NCBI GenBank assembly: GCA_029552985.1 | Contig: JAKPDB010000176.1 | Location: forward strand, 64,798-128,797 | Direction of reading: 5' to 3' | DNA: 64,000 bases | Source of the DNA: a bacterium | GTDB taxonomy: Bacteria; Ratteibacteria; UBA8468; B48-G9; DTJG01 | Shown: positions 9,310-17,272 of the stretch, in pieces | How the letters are laid out: every line of letters starts with the position of its first letter | How positions within the stretch are numbered: the stretch's first letter is position 1 | Translations under genes and position numbers: made by a program | Notes under the pieces: model-generated | Databases searched by the model: none | Told to the model about the DNA's origin: nothing | What the model saw: the letters and a program-made list of their open reading frames with translations, nothing else

Positions 9310-10286
9310 AAAAAATATCTTTTTTAGCAATTTTTCTTTTTGCGGCAGCATCTGTAATAATTGGTCTCTCCTCAGGCACAGAGAACTATCCACTGACCAA
9401 AATTATAAAAATACTTTTTAACCCCCCGTACAATACATTCGAAAGAACGATACTACTGCAAATCCGATTACCGAGAATATGGTGTGGATTTCTGACTGGC
9501 TCTGGTCTGGCAGTATCTGGTCTCATTTTGCAGGCGATTTTGAAAAATCCACTGGCAGAAAGTTACACGTTGGGCGTGTCAGGTGGCGCAAGTTTAGGAA
9601 TCGCGTTCGGAATCGTATCCGGACATATGATGGTTGTACCGGTTTTTGCGTTCGCTGGCAGTGTCGTTTCTACTTTTATTCTTCTGTTGATTGCGTCTTT
9701 AAGAAAGATGTCATCAGGGACATTACTCTTGCTTGGTATTATGCTCAATTTCATTTTTTCTTCATTTTCACTTTTGATCATCACCCTGTTACAGAAAGAA
9801 AGGTTTATGGAAGCAGTGGTTTGGTTTATGGGAAATCTGAGTAGTTACCATCCAGAGACCCTGAAAAGCGCCCCATTGTTTCTCATACCAGCATATTTAA
9901 TCACATGGTTATACTGGAAGCAACTAAACATATTTTCTCTTGGAGAGGAAAAAGCCATCACGCTTGGCATTGATCCTGAGAAAAAAAGATACATGTGGCT
10001 TACCCTGACAGGACTTATTACAGGATACTGCGTATCGCTGGCAGGACTTGTTGGATTTGTGGGACTTGTGATACCACACACCGTAAGGATTCTGGTTGGT
10101 ACAGACCATAAAAAAACCATTCCGGCTGCGATACTGGCTGGAGGAAGTTTTCTTATCATTGCAGATACTTTGGCAAGAACTATTGTAAAACCTATCGAAA
10201 TTCCTGTCGGCGTAATCAGCGGATTTTTCGGCGGGATATTTTTTGTTTTGATCCTTTTAAAAACCTCAAGAAGACAAAAATGGTAG
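9243..10286 (+). CDS. FecCD-family ABC permease (BtuC-like)
   Basis: Polytopic membrane protein with the motif LQIRLPRIWCGFLTGSGLAVSGLILQAILKNPLAESYTLGVSGGASLG. The true start is possibly TTG 9306 (LKKISFL...), overlapping the upstream TGA. Confidence 0.85.
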   Translation: MQSNTSKFFAINKINNKFFKQLKKISFLAIFLFAAASVIIGLSSGTENYPLTKIIKILFNPPYNTFERTILLQIRLPRIWCGFLTGSGLAVSGLILQAILKNPLAESYTLGVSGGASLGIAFGIVSGHMMVVPVFAFAGSVVSTFILLLIASLRKMSSGTLLLLGIMLNFIFSSFSLLIITLLQKERFMEAVVWFMGNLSSYHPETLKSAPLFLIPAYLITWLYWKQLNIFSLGEEKAITLGIDPEKKRYMWLTLTGLITGYCVSLAGLVGFVGLVIPHTVRILVGTDHKKTIPAAILAGGSFLIIADTLARTIVKPIEIPVGVISGFFGGIFFVLILLKTSRRQKW

Positions 10287-11083
10287 TTCTTGAATTCAAA
10301 AATGTCAGTGCGGGTTATGGTAAAAACATCATCATTCATAACATTAGTTTTCAGATGAAAAAGGGCCGATTTCTTGGAATCATCGGTCCTAACGGAAGTG
10401 GAAAATCCACGCTCTTGAAAACTGCAACAAAAGTGATAAAACATTACACAGGAACAATCCTGTTTAACGGCGCAAACATAAAAAACATTCCAGTCAAGGA
10501 ATTTGCTCAAAATATCTCTTTTTTACCATCAGACATTGAAATTGCTTATCCTTACACAGTTAAAGAACTACTTCTCATGGCTAGATATCCTTTCATATCA
10601 GGTTTTCGTAGTCCAGCATCAAAAGATATCGCAATAGTAAATTCAATAGCCAAACAGATGGGACTGGCACAATTTATGAACAGAACCATTCTTGAAATGT
10701 CAGAAGGAGAAAAACAGAGAGTGCTTTTAGCGCAGTGTCTTGTTCAGGAACCAAGACTCGTGATTTTCGATGAGCCAACTGCGCATCTTGACATTGGTTA
10801 TCAATTTTCATTTCTTGACCTTTTGAAGCAATATCAGGAACATTCATCTCTTTCGATTCTTGCTGTTTTACACGATTTAAATCTCGCTTCGCAATATTGC
10901 GATGAGCTCATACTGCTAAACGAAGGTTCAGTGGTAATTTCGGGAGATCCCCAACAGGTTCTACAGTATAAAATTCTTGAAGAAGTTTATCATACAAATG
11001 TCCTGGTATATCCTCATCCTATTTCAGGTAAGCCCTATGTTTTCGGAGTTCCTGCATCCTGGAAAAATTTGACAAAAAAATAA
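10280..11083 (+). CDS. ABC transporter ATP-binding protein (BtuD/FecE-like)
   Basis: Walker A GPNGSGKST, signature-like MSEGEKQR, Walker B LVIFDEPTAHLD, H-loop VLHDLN. Confidence 0.9.
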   Translation: MVVLEFKNVSAGYGKNIIIHNISFQMKKGRFLGIIGPNGSGKSTLLKTATKVIKHYTGTILFNGANIKNIPVKEFAQNISFLPSDIEIAYPYTVKELLLMARYPFISGFRSPASKDIAIVNSIAKQMGLAQFMNRTILEMSEGEKQRVLLAQCLVQEPRLVIFDEPTAHLDIGYQFSFLDLLKQYQEHSSLSILAVLHDLNLASQYCDELILLNEGSVVISGDPQQVLQYKILEEVYHTNVLVYPHPISGKPYVFGVPASWKNLTKK

Positions 11084-11134
11084 TCATCGTATTTAATATG
11101 CCAGTTCAGATATTGTTTTTAACTGGAGGAAAAC

Positions 11135-11902
11135 ATGAAAATTGCAATTCAACTGTACACAATAAGAGAGCACTTTAGTTCTCAGGAAGAGATTGTAAAA
11201 GCAGCGAAAAAACTATCCGGCATTGGATATAAATACGTAGAAACCGCAGGCACAGCAAATCTGCAGACAAAACAGTTCAAACAAATCATGGATGACGCCG
11301 GACTGACCGTTTGTTCAAGTCATGTGGGTGTTGATGCAATCTTGAAAGAACCAGAATTAGTAATTGAGCAACAATTAATCCTTGATGCACGAACCTGCAA
11401 TGCAAGCTGGCCAGGTGCAGAAACAAAAGACATGGAAGGCATAAAGAAAACAGCAGAAAAAATTGCAAAGGCTGCGGAAATCTTGAAAAAAAATGGACTG
11501 ACACTTGGTTATCATAATCATGGAATAGAATTTGCCAGATGCAATGGCAAAACATGGCTTGAGATAATTATGGAAACAGCAAGCCCGGGAATCCTTACTG
11601 CGCAGATTGACACATACTGGGTCCAATATGGTGGTGGGGACCCTGCCTACTGGATTAGCAAATATTCTCAAAGATTAAACTCAATACACTTTAAGGACAT
11701 GGGGATGTCTGAAGATAATAAGCAAGCTATGGTTCCAGTGGGCACTGGTAATTTGAACTGGACAAAAATTCTTACTGCTGCCAGAGATTCAAGTGCAAAA
11801 TATGCAATTATGGAAATGGATTTTTCACCTCTTGTCCCACTGTGGGACGCAATTAAAATAAGTTTTGAGAATATGAAGAACTGGGGCTTGGAAACTGATT
11901 GA
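11135..11902 (+). CDS. Sugar phosphate isomerase/epimerase (xylose isomerase-like TIM barrel)
   Basis: 255 aa, RBS GGAGG 8 nt upstream. The family pattern (YKYVE...GYHNH...IDTYW...HFKD...MEMD) resembles the 4915-5724 product. Confidence 0.7.
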   Translation: MKIAIQLYTIREHFSSQEEIVKAAKKLSGIGYKYVETAGTANLQTKQFKQIMDDAGLTVCSSHVGVDAILKEPELVIEQQLILDARTCNASWPGAETKDMEGIKKTAEKIAKAAEILKKNGLTLGYHNHGIEFARCNGKTWLEIIMETASPGILTAQIDTYWVQYGGGDPAYWISKYSQRLNSIHFKDMGMSEDNKQAMVPVGTGNLNWTKILTAARDSSAKYAIMEMDFSPLVPLWDAIKISFENMKNWGLETD

Positions 11903-11905
11903 ATT

Positions 11906-12943
11906 TCAGTCAGACGTGAAAATCTTCGAAACGGCAACACATACATCATCTGCTGTAATATCATTCATGCATATAAATCCTTTTTTGCATTTTGACTCCA
12001 CCACACAGGGGAAACAATCTCTTTGAGTATGCAGAACAATATTTTTGTTACCAATTGGTCCATATCTCATCGGATTTCCGGGGCCAAAAATCGCAATCAC
12101 AGGGCATTTCATTGCAGAAGCAAGATGCATTGTGCCAGTGTCATTGGTAATTAATAATGCCGCACAGGAAAGAAGATATGCTAATTGTCTGAAAGTTATT
12201 TTTCCGGCAAGATTAAAAACTTCTGGATTATCAATTGCTCTTCTAATTTCCGCGGCAAGGTCGAACTCTTTATTGTTCCCAACTATCGCAATATTGATAT
12301 GATAATTTTGAATAATACGTTTTCCTACTTCTATAAAATTTTCTTTATCCCATCTTTTCTTCTCAAAAGCCGCACCTGGATTCATCACAACCACCTTCCT
12401 GCTACCATCTATCACCCCGATGTTTTTGAAGAATTCAAAATACGAGTGAATTTCACTATCAGTCAACGGAAAATACAGTTCCACTTTTTCATATTTTCCG
12501 AAAAGTGGTGTAAAAAATCTCAGTGTTCTTTCTGCTTCATGAGTTCTGAATTTATCAGAAAATAATTCTTTTGTAAAAAATGTCAACCTGTATCTACTTT
12601 TAAGAAAAAATGGTATCAGAGAATTCCTGAAATCAACCACAAGATCATATTTTTGATGTCTGAGCATTTTGATAAGCATTATCATACCGGTTTTTTTATC
12701 CCAGACGTAAAAGTGTGAAAACATCGGATTATCTCTTGCAAACTCAATCGCTCTTGGACCAACAACAATGTCAAATTCTGCGTTGTATAGTGCATCACGC
12801 ATCAATTTAATCGCGGGTGTTATAAGAAGGTTATCACCAATGGAACTCAAACCAATAATCAGTCCCCTGTTAATTATTTCCTTTTTGAATTTTCTTCGAA
12901 AAACCAAGTATATCTCCTTTCCTAGTACAGTATAATAACACAA
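11906..12943 (-). CDS. Glycosyltransferase family 9 (LPS heptosyltransferase-like)
   Basis: 345 aa. IGDNLLITPAI near the N-terminus, VVVMNPGAAFEKKRW, and C-terminal LITNDTGTMHLASAMKCPVIAIFGP, typical of RfaF/RfaC-type GT9. Confidence 0.85.
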   Translation of the reverse strand: MCYYTVLGKEIYLVFRRKFKKEIINRGLIIGLSSIGDNLLITPAIKLMRDALYNAEFDIVVGPRAIEFARDNPMFSHFYVWDKKTGMIMLIKMLRHQKYDLVVDFRNSLIPFFLKSRYRLTFFTKELFSDKFRTHEAERTLRFFTPLFGKYEKVELYFPLTDSEIHSYFEFFKNIGVIDGSRKVVVMNPGAAFEKKRWDKENFIEVGKRIIQNYHINIAIVGNNKEFDLAAEIRRAIDNPEVFNLAGKITFRQLAYLLSCAALLITNDTGTMHLASAMKCPVIAIFGPGNPMRYGPIGNKNIVLHTQRDCFPCVVESKCKKGFICMNDITADDVCVAVSKIFTSD

Positions 12944-12946
12944 TTT

Positions 12947-12975
12947 TTGACATTTTGCTTATTTTTCTGTAAAAT
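12947..12975 (+). promoter_or_regulatory. Sigma70-type promoter of tRNA-Lys
   Basis: TTGACA (12947-12952), 17-nt spacer, TAAAAT (12970-12975), 13 nt before the tRNA 5' end. Confidence 0.65.
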
Positions 12976-12988
12976 TAGTTGTCTCAAT

Positions 12989-13061
12989 GGGCCGCTAGCT
13001 CACCCGGCAGAGCACCGCCCTTTTAAGGCGGGGGCAGCAGGTTCGAGTCCTGCGCGGCCTA
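12989..13061 (+). tRNA. tRNA-Lys (anticodon UUU)
   Basis: Hand-folded 73-nt cloverleaf. Acceptor GGGCCGC/GCGGCCT, D arm GCTC-ACCCGGCA-GAGC, anticodon arm CCGCC-CTTTTAA-GGCGG, variable GGGCA, T arm GCAGG-TTCGAGT-CCTGC, discriminator A. CCA is not encoded. Confidence 0.9.
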
Positions 13062-13489
13062 CTTTCTTTCTCCAATCTGAAAGCAGGACGAGAATTGGAG
13101 CGAAGATGTATAGGTCTGAGCAAGCGAAGACCTATGCGGCTGGCCGACCCGAGCCGTTGTGAGAGGCGAGGGCGCCGAGTCCTGCGCGGCCTATCTTTTT
13201 TGCCAATGAAAGCAGGACGAGAATTGGAGCGAAGTCAGGAATTGCGAGCAAGCGTAGCAATTCCAGCGGCTGGCCGACCCGAGCCGTAGTGGGAGGCGAG
13301 GGCGCCGAGTCCTGCGCGGCCTACTTTCTTTCTCCAATCTGAAAGCAGGACGAGAATTGGAGCGAAGTCAGGAATTGCGAGCAAGCGTAGCAATTCCAGC
13401 GGCTGGCCGACCCGAGCCGTTGTGAGAGGCGAGGGCGCCGAGTCCTGCGCGGCCTATCTTTTTTGCCAATGAAAGCAGGACGAGAATTG
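13045..13489 (+). repeat. Tandem ~131-nt repeat array (3.4 units) seeded in the 3' end of tRNA-Lys
   Basis: Unit starts are 13045, 13177, 13307 and 13440 (periods 132/130/133). Each unit begins with an exact copy of the tRNA's last 17 nt, GAGTCCTGCGCGGCCTA. The core GAAAGCAGGACGAGAATTGGAGCGAAG...GGCTGGCCGACCCGAGCCG...GGCGAGGGCGCC is conserved. Details are in the findings. Confidence 0.95.
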
Positions 13490-13546
13490 AAACCAGTGTT
13501 GAGGTATTTTTAAATCTGATTAAGTCCATCGTGTCCAGGTAAAAAG

Positions 13547-13574
13547 TTGAAAAATTCTACGAAACTATTAAAAT
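13547..13574 (+). promoter_or_regulatory. Putative sigma70-type promoter of the ABC exporter gene
   Basis: TTGAAA (13547-13552), 16-nt spacer, TAAAAT (13569-13574), then RBS GAGGAG and ATG 13605. Confidence 0.5.
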
Positions 13575-13604
13575 AGATTTCGAGTTGACTGAGAGGAGAC
13601 ATCC

Positions 13605-15446
13605 ATGTTTCATGGACCTGGCTTTCATAGAGCAGCAAGATTTAAATATGACATCGATGACCAGGTTAAGGGCACAGTCCGCATTACAAGATTGTTTGGA
13701 TATCTTAAGCCATATAAATACCAGATCTCTTTTGCTTTATTCATTTCCATATGTGTCACAGTTTTGAATCTTGTTCCGCCAAGAATTATTGGAATTATCA
13801 TTGATAGGGCGCTTGGCAAAAAAGAACTATCAATACTTGTTAAAATGTGCTTTTCTTTACTTTCTATCTACATTATCGTTAATTTATTAAATGGGGTAAA
13901 AATTTTCCTAATGGGAAAACTCGGTCAAAAAATCACATATGACCTGTGGCAGGAAGTGTATAGAAACATCCAGCGACTTTCTTTTAGATTCTTCGATGAA
14001 AATCAAACTGGTAACATTATGGCACGAATTACCAGCGATATTACAGCTGTTGAAAGAGTTGTTGTTGACGGACTGGATACCACCATTATCGCATCTTTGA
14101 CCCTTGTCGGAATTACCTTCGTACTGTTCTGGATGAACTGGAAACTTGCATTGGTTACAATGATACCCATACCTCTACTTGCTTTTATGGCTTATTTAAT
14201 TACAGTCAAGGCACACGCAATATACAGAGAAGTTAGAAAAAAAATGGGTGAAATAAGTGCGTTATTACAGGATAGTATTTCTGGTGTCAGGGAAACGAGA
14301 AGTTTTGCAAGAGAAGAATATGAAATTCATAGATTAAGCACAAAAAGCAGTGAATATGTGCAGACCAACATTCAGGCAATAAAATTATGGGCAACATTTT
14401 CTCCATCAATTATAATCACAACAACAATCGGAACTTTTCTGGTACTTCTTTTTGGTGGGAAAATGGCTATTATCAATCAGAGTATATCCACAGGAGAAAT
14501 CATTTCATTTCTTTTTTACCTCAATCTTTTCTATCAACCAATTCATCAATTAAACATGGTCAATCACATGCTTCAGCACGCAAGGGCGTCAAGCGAACGA
14601 ATTTTTGAAATCGTTGATGCAGAACCAGATGTCAAAGAAGCAAAAGATGCCGTACCGTTTAGACGACCCATAAAAGGTGAAGTCGTTTTCAAGAATGTTC
14701 TTTTTTCATACAAACCAGGTATAGAAGTTCTACATGGAATAACTTTTAAGGTAAATCCAGGAGAAACCATCGCACTTGTAGGACCAACAGGCGCAGGAAA
14801 AACTACTATTGTCAGTTTGATACCCCGTTTTTACGACGTTGATTCCGGACAAATCTGCATCGATGGGGTAGATATCCGTAAATATAAACTGAAAGAGCTC
14901 AGAGAAGCCATTGGCATCGTAATGCAGGAACCATTTCTATTCAATGGTACCATTTTAGAGAATATCGCCTACGGACGCCTTGACGCAAAAATAGAAGAAA
15001 TCGTTGAAGCAGCAAAGCTTGCGAATGCACACAACTTTATCATAAAGTTACCTGATGGATACCATCACCAAATTGGCGAAAGGGGAGTTAAACTTTCTGT
15101 GGGAGAGAAACAAAGAATTGCTATCGCGCGCGCGATTCTCAAAAATCCTCCTATTCTAATTTTTGATGAAGCCACTTCTTCTGTTGATAATGAAACAGAA
15201 GCATTGATACAGGAAGCAATTTCCAGACTATTAAAAAATAGAACATCCTTCGTCATCGCACACAGGTTATCTACAGTAATGAACGCGCACAAAATACTGG
15301 TTATTAATGAAGGAAACATTGTTGAGACCGGTACTCACAGTGAACTTCTATCAAAAGGTGGCTTATACAAAAAGCTTTACGAAATCCAGTTTAAGAAAAC
15401 AATCTCGAATTTGGAATATTTTAATGTCGTAAATACAAACCAGTAA
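13605..15446 (+). CDS. ABC exporter, fused permease/ATPase (MsbA/lipid or multidrug exporter type)
   Basis: 613 aa. N-terminal 6-TM ABC_membrane domain. NBD with Walker A GPTGAGKTT, signature LSVGEKQR, Walker B ILIFDEATSSVD, H-loop IAHRLS. Confidence 0.9.
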   Translation: MFHGPGFHRAARFKYDIDDQVKGTVRITRLFGYLKPYKYQISFALFISICVTVLNLVPPRIIGIIIDRALGKKELSILVKMCFSLLSIYIIVNLLNGVKIFLMGKLGQKITYDLWQEVYRNIQRLSFRFFDENQTGNIMARITSDITAVERVVVDGLDTTIIASLTLVGITFVLFWMNWKLALVTMIPIPLLAFMAYLITVKAHAIYREVRKKMGEISALLQDSISGVRETRSFAREEYEIHRLSTKSSEYVQTNIQAIKLWATFSPSIIITTTIGTFLVLLFGGKMAIINQSISTGEIISFLFYLNLFYQPIHQLNMVNHMLQHARASSERIFEIVDAEPDVKEAKDAVPFRRPIKGEVVFKNVLFSYKPGIEVLHGITFKVNPGETIALVGPTGAGKTTIVSLIPRFYDVDSGQICIDGVDIRKYKLKELREAIGIVMQEPFLFNGTILENIAYGRLDAKIEEIVEAAKLANAHNFIIKLPDGYHHQIGERGVKLSVGEKQRIAIARAILKNPPILIFDEATSSVDNETEALIQEAISRLLKNRTSFVIAHRLSTVMNAHKILVINEGNIVETGTHSELLSKGGLYKKLYEIQFKKTISNLEYFNVVNTNQ

Positions 15447-15478
15447 AAAAAACGGTTTCCCTGAAACAGGAGGAAGCC

Positions 15479-16042
15479 ATGATTGAAGCAGCAAATCTCA
15501 AAGCAGGAACATTTATAAGGAAGGATAGGGAAATTTTTAAGGTACTGGAAACAGAAATTAAGGCAGGGCCTGCGAGGTTTTCAAGCCACGTACACATCAA
15601 ACTCTTGAATGTAAAAACAGGTAAAATGATTGAAATGAAGATGCCTCCAGAAGAAAAATTGGAAGAGCTTGCCCTTGAACTGGTCGTTCTTGAATATTTG
15701 TATAGCGATGGAAACAACTTTTGTTTCATGAACCCCCAAACATATGAACAATTCGAAATTCCAGGACACATGCTTGAAAATTTCAAAGAATTTTTGAAAG
15801 AAGGCATGGCATTGAAATTTGAGATCTATGAAGGAGTACCAATCAATGTTATGATTCCTGAAACCGTTGAGTTAAAAGTAATAAGTACAGGAAGCGGCGT
15901 AAAAGGCGAAACCGATGCAACTTATAAAAATGCTATTCTTGAAAACAATATGGAAGTCCTTGTACCTCATTTTATCAAAGATGGAGACATCATAAAAGTA
16001 TCCACTTCAACAAGACATTATGTTGAAAGGGTTCATAAGTGA
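15479..16042 (+). CDS. efp: Elongation factor P family protein with Arg33 at the loop tip
   Basis: 187 aa with three-domain EF-P length and pattern (LKAGTFI...KTG...YLYSDGNNFCFMNPQTYEQFEI...VISTGSGVKGETDATYKNAILENNMEVLVPHFIKDGDIIKVSTSTRHYVERV). The beta3-beta4 loop reads IKAGPAR33FSS rather than KPGKG. Confidence 0.85.
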   Translation: MIEAANLKAGTFIRKDREIFKVLETEIKAGPARFSSHVHIKLLNVKTGKMIEMKMPPEEKLEELALELVVLEYLYSDGNNFCFMNPQTYEQFEIPGHMLENFKEFLKEGMALKFEIYEGVPINVMIPETVELKVISTGSGVKGETDATYKNAILENNMEVLVPHFIKDGDIIKVSTSTRHYVERVHK

Positions 16043-16091
16043 TTTGTCAAACTTGCAAATATGCTATGATATATAACGATAAAGGAGGCGC

Positions 16092-16547
16092 ATGATTCAT
16101 GGAGTTAAGGTAAAGAAATTAGCATTCAATGTAGACGAAAGGGGCAGACTTCTTGAAATTTTGAGAAATGATGACGAAATTTTTGAAAGGTTTGGTCAGG
16201 TCTATATAACAACTTGCTATCCGGGTGTCGTAAAAGCGTGGCATCTACATCGTTTACAAAACGACAATATGACTGTCATTTCTGGAATGGCTAAAGTTGT
16301 ACTCTGTGACCTTAGAAATGGTAGTTCTACATATGGTGAAATCAATGAATTTGTAATCGGCGATTTTAATCCAATGTTGGTACATATACCGGCAAATGTG
16401 TATCATGGCTTTATGTGCATATCAACAGAAGAAGCCATAATACTTAACTTACCAACACAACCATACAATCACAGATCGCCTGATGAGTATCGACTTCCTT
16501 TTGATACTGACAAAATTTCATATAAATGGGAAAGGAAAAATCGCTAA
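16092..16547 (+). CDS. rmlC: dTDP-4-dehydrorhamnose 3,5-epimerase family protein (short cupin form)
   Basis: 151 aa cupin. DERGRLLEI, VKAWHLH, VHIPANVYHGF. Sits first in a gene run with rmlA, rmlB and rmlD. Confidence 0.7.
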   Translation: MIHGVKVKKLAFNVDERGRLLEILRNDDEIFERFGQVYITTCYPGVVKAWHLHRLQNDNMTVISGMAKVVLCDLRNGSSTYGEINEFVIGDFNPMLVHIPANVYHGFMCISTEEAIILNLPTQPYNHRSPDEYRLPFDTDKISYKWERKNR

Positions 16548-17272
16548 TGAAAGGAGTGATACTCGCTGGAGGCCTCGGAAGTCGTTTATATCCCCTGACG
16601 AAAGTAACCAATAAGCATCTGTTACCTGTATATAACAAACCAATGATTTATTATCCTCTTGAGACACTTGTAAAAACAGGTATCAAGGATATTATGGTCA
16701 TCACAGGGGGCACTTCTTCAGGAGATTTTCTCAGATTGCTTGAAAACGGAAGAGAATTTGGACTTGAACATCTTACATATGCATATCAGGAAGGAGAAAA
16801 AGGTATTGCCCATGCCCTTGCACTGGCAGAGCATTTTGCGGCAGGGGAAAAGATCGTTGTCATCCTTGGCGACAATATCATAGAAAAGGATATTTCAAAA
16901 GAAGTAGAAATATTTAGTAAACAGGAAAAGGGAGCGCGCATTATCCTCAAAGAAGTTGATGACCCACAGAGATTCGGTGTTGCAGAAATTCGTGAAGGCA
17001 AAATCGTGAAAATCATTGAAAAACCATCTATTCCACCGTCACGGTTCGCTGTCATTGGGATTTATATGTATGACAATCAGGTTTTTGATTTTATTAAAAC
17101 ATTGAAACCTTCTGCACGAGGAGAACTTGAAATCACTGATGTGAACAATATGTACATTGAAAAGGGTCAGATGACTTATGGCATCCTGGATGGATGGTGG
17201 ACAGACGCAGGAACATTTGAATCATTGTTAAAAGCTAACATTCTGGTTGCAAAACAACGAGGGAAAAAATGA
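16547..17272 (+). CDS. rmlA: Glucose-1-phosphate thymidylyltransferase (short form)
   Basis: MKGVILAGGLGSRLYPLTKVTNKHLLPVYNKPMIYYPL; EKP and GIYMYD motifs. ATG 16547 overlaps the upstream TAA (TAATG). The ORF track extends to an upstream in-frame ATG at 16526. Confidence 0.85.
   Translation: MKGVILAGGLGSRLYPLTKVTNKHLLPVYNKPMIYYPLETLVKTGIKDIMVITGGTSSGDFLRLLENGREFGLEHLTYAYQEGEKGIAHALALAEHFAAGEKIVVILGDNIIEKDISKEVEIFSKQEKGARIILKEVDDPQRFGVAEIREGKIVKIIEKPSIPPSRFAVIGIYMYDNQVFDFIKTLKPSARGELEITDVNNMYIEKGQMTYGILDGWWTDAGTFESLLKANILVAKQRGKK

Noticed and set aside
9845-10510. 221-aa ORF antisense to the btuC/btuD-like genes. Similar long antisense ORFs occur at 7750-8274, 33774-34406, 42671-43273, 45228-45809, 27705-28181, 53470-53886, 57216-57641 and 57773-58147.
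   Set aside because: Each lies entirely inside a well-supported gene on the opposite strand. They have low-complexity or Cys/Phe/Ser-rich composition, no recognisable motifs and no RBS. They are typical shadow ORFs.
12947-13289. Two ORFs in the track (12947-13162, 71 aa; 13095-13289, 64 aa) running through tRNA-Lys and the repeat array
   Set aside because: They read straight through a tRNA gene and GC-rich repeats. Their Arg/Ala/Pro/Gly-rich products are what GC-rich non-coding DNA yields. The repeat periods (132/130/133 nt) do not preserve a reading frame between units, and no RBS is present.
13045-13489. CRISPR array interpretation of the tRNA-linked repeats
   Set aside because: The units are ~131 nt and directly contiguous, with no unique spacers. 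The variable part is a self-complementary hairpin, not a spacer. No cas genes lie nearby.
12989-13604. Integrated mobile element or prophage remnant at the tRNA-Lys 3' end
   Set aside because: Duplication of a tRNA 3' end is the classic att signature. Here, however, the whole region is only ~450 nt and has no integrase or cargo. It is flanked by housekeeping genes, and the duplicated segment recurs four times at ~131-nt spacing. A decayed scar cannot be fully excluded and is noted as a refutation route in the findings.
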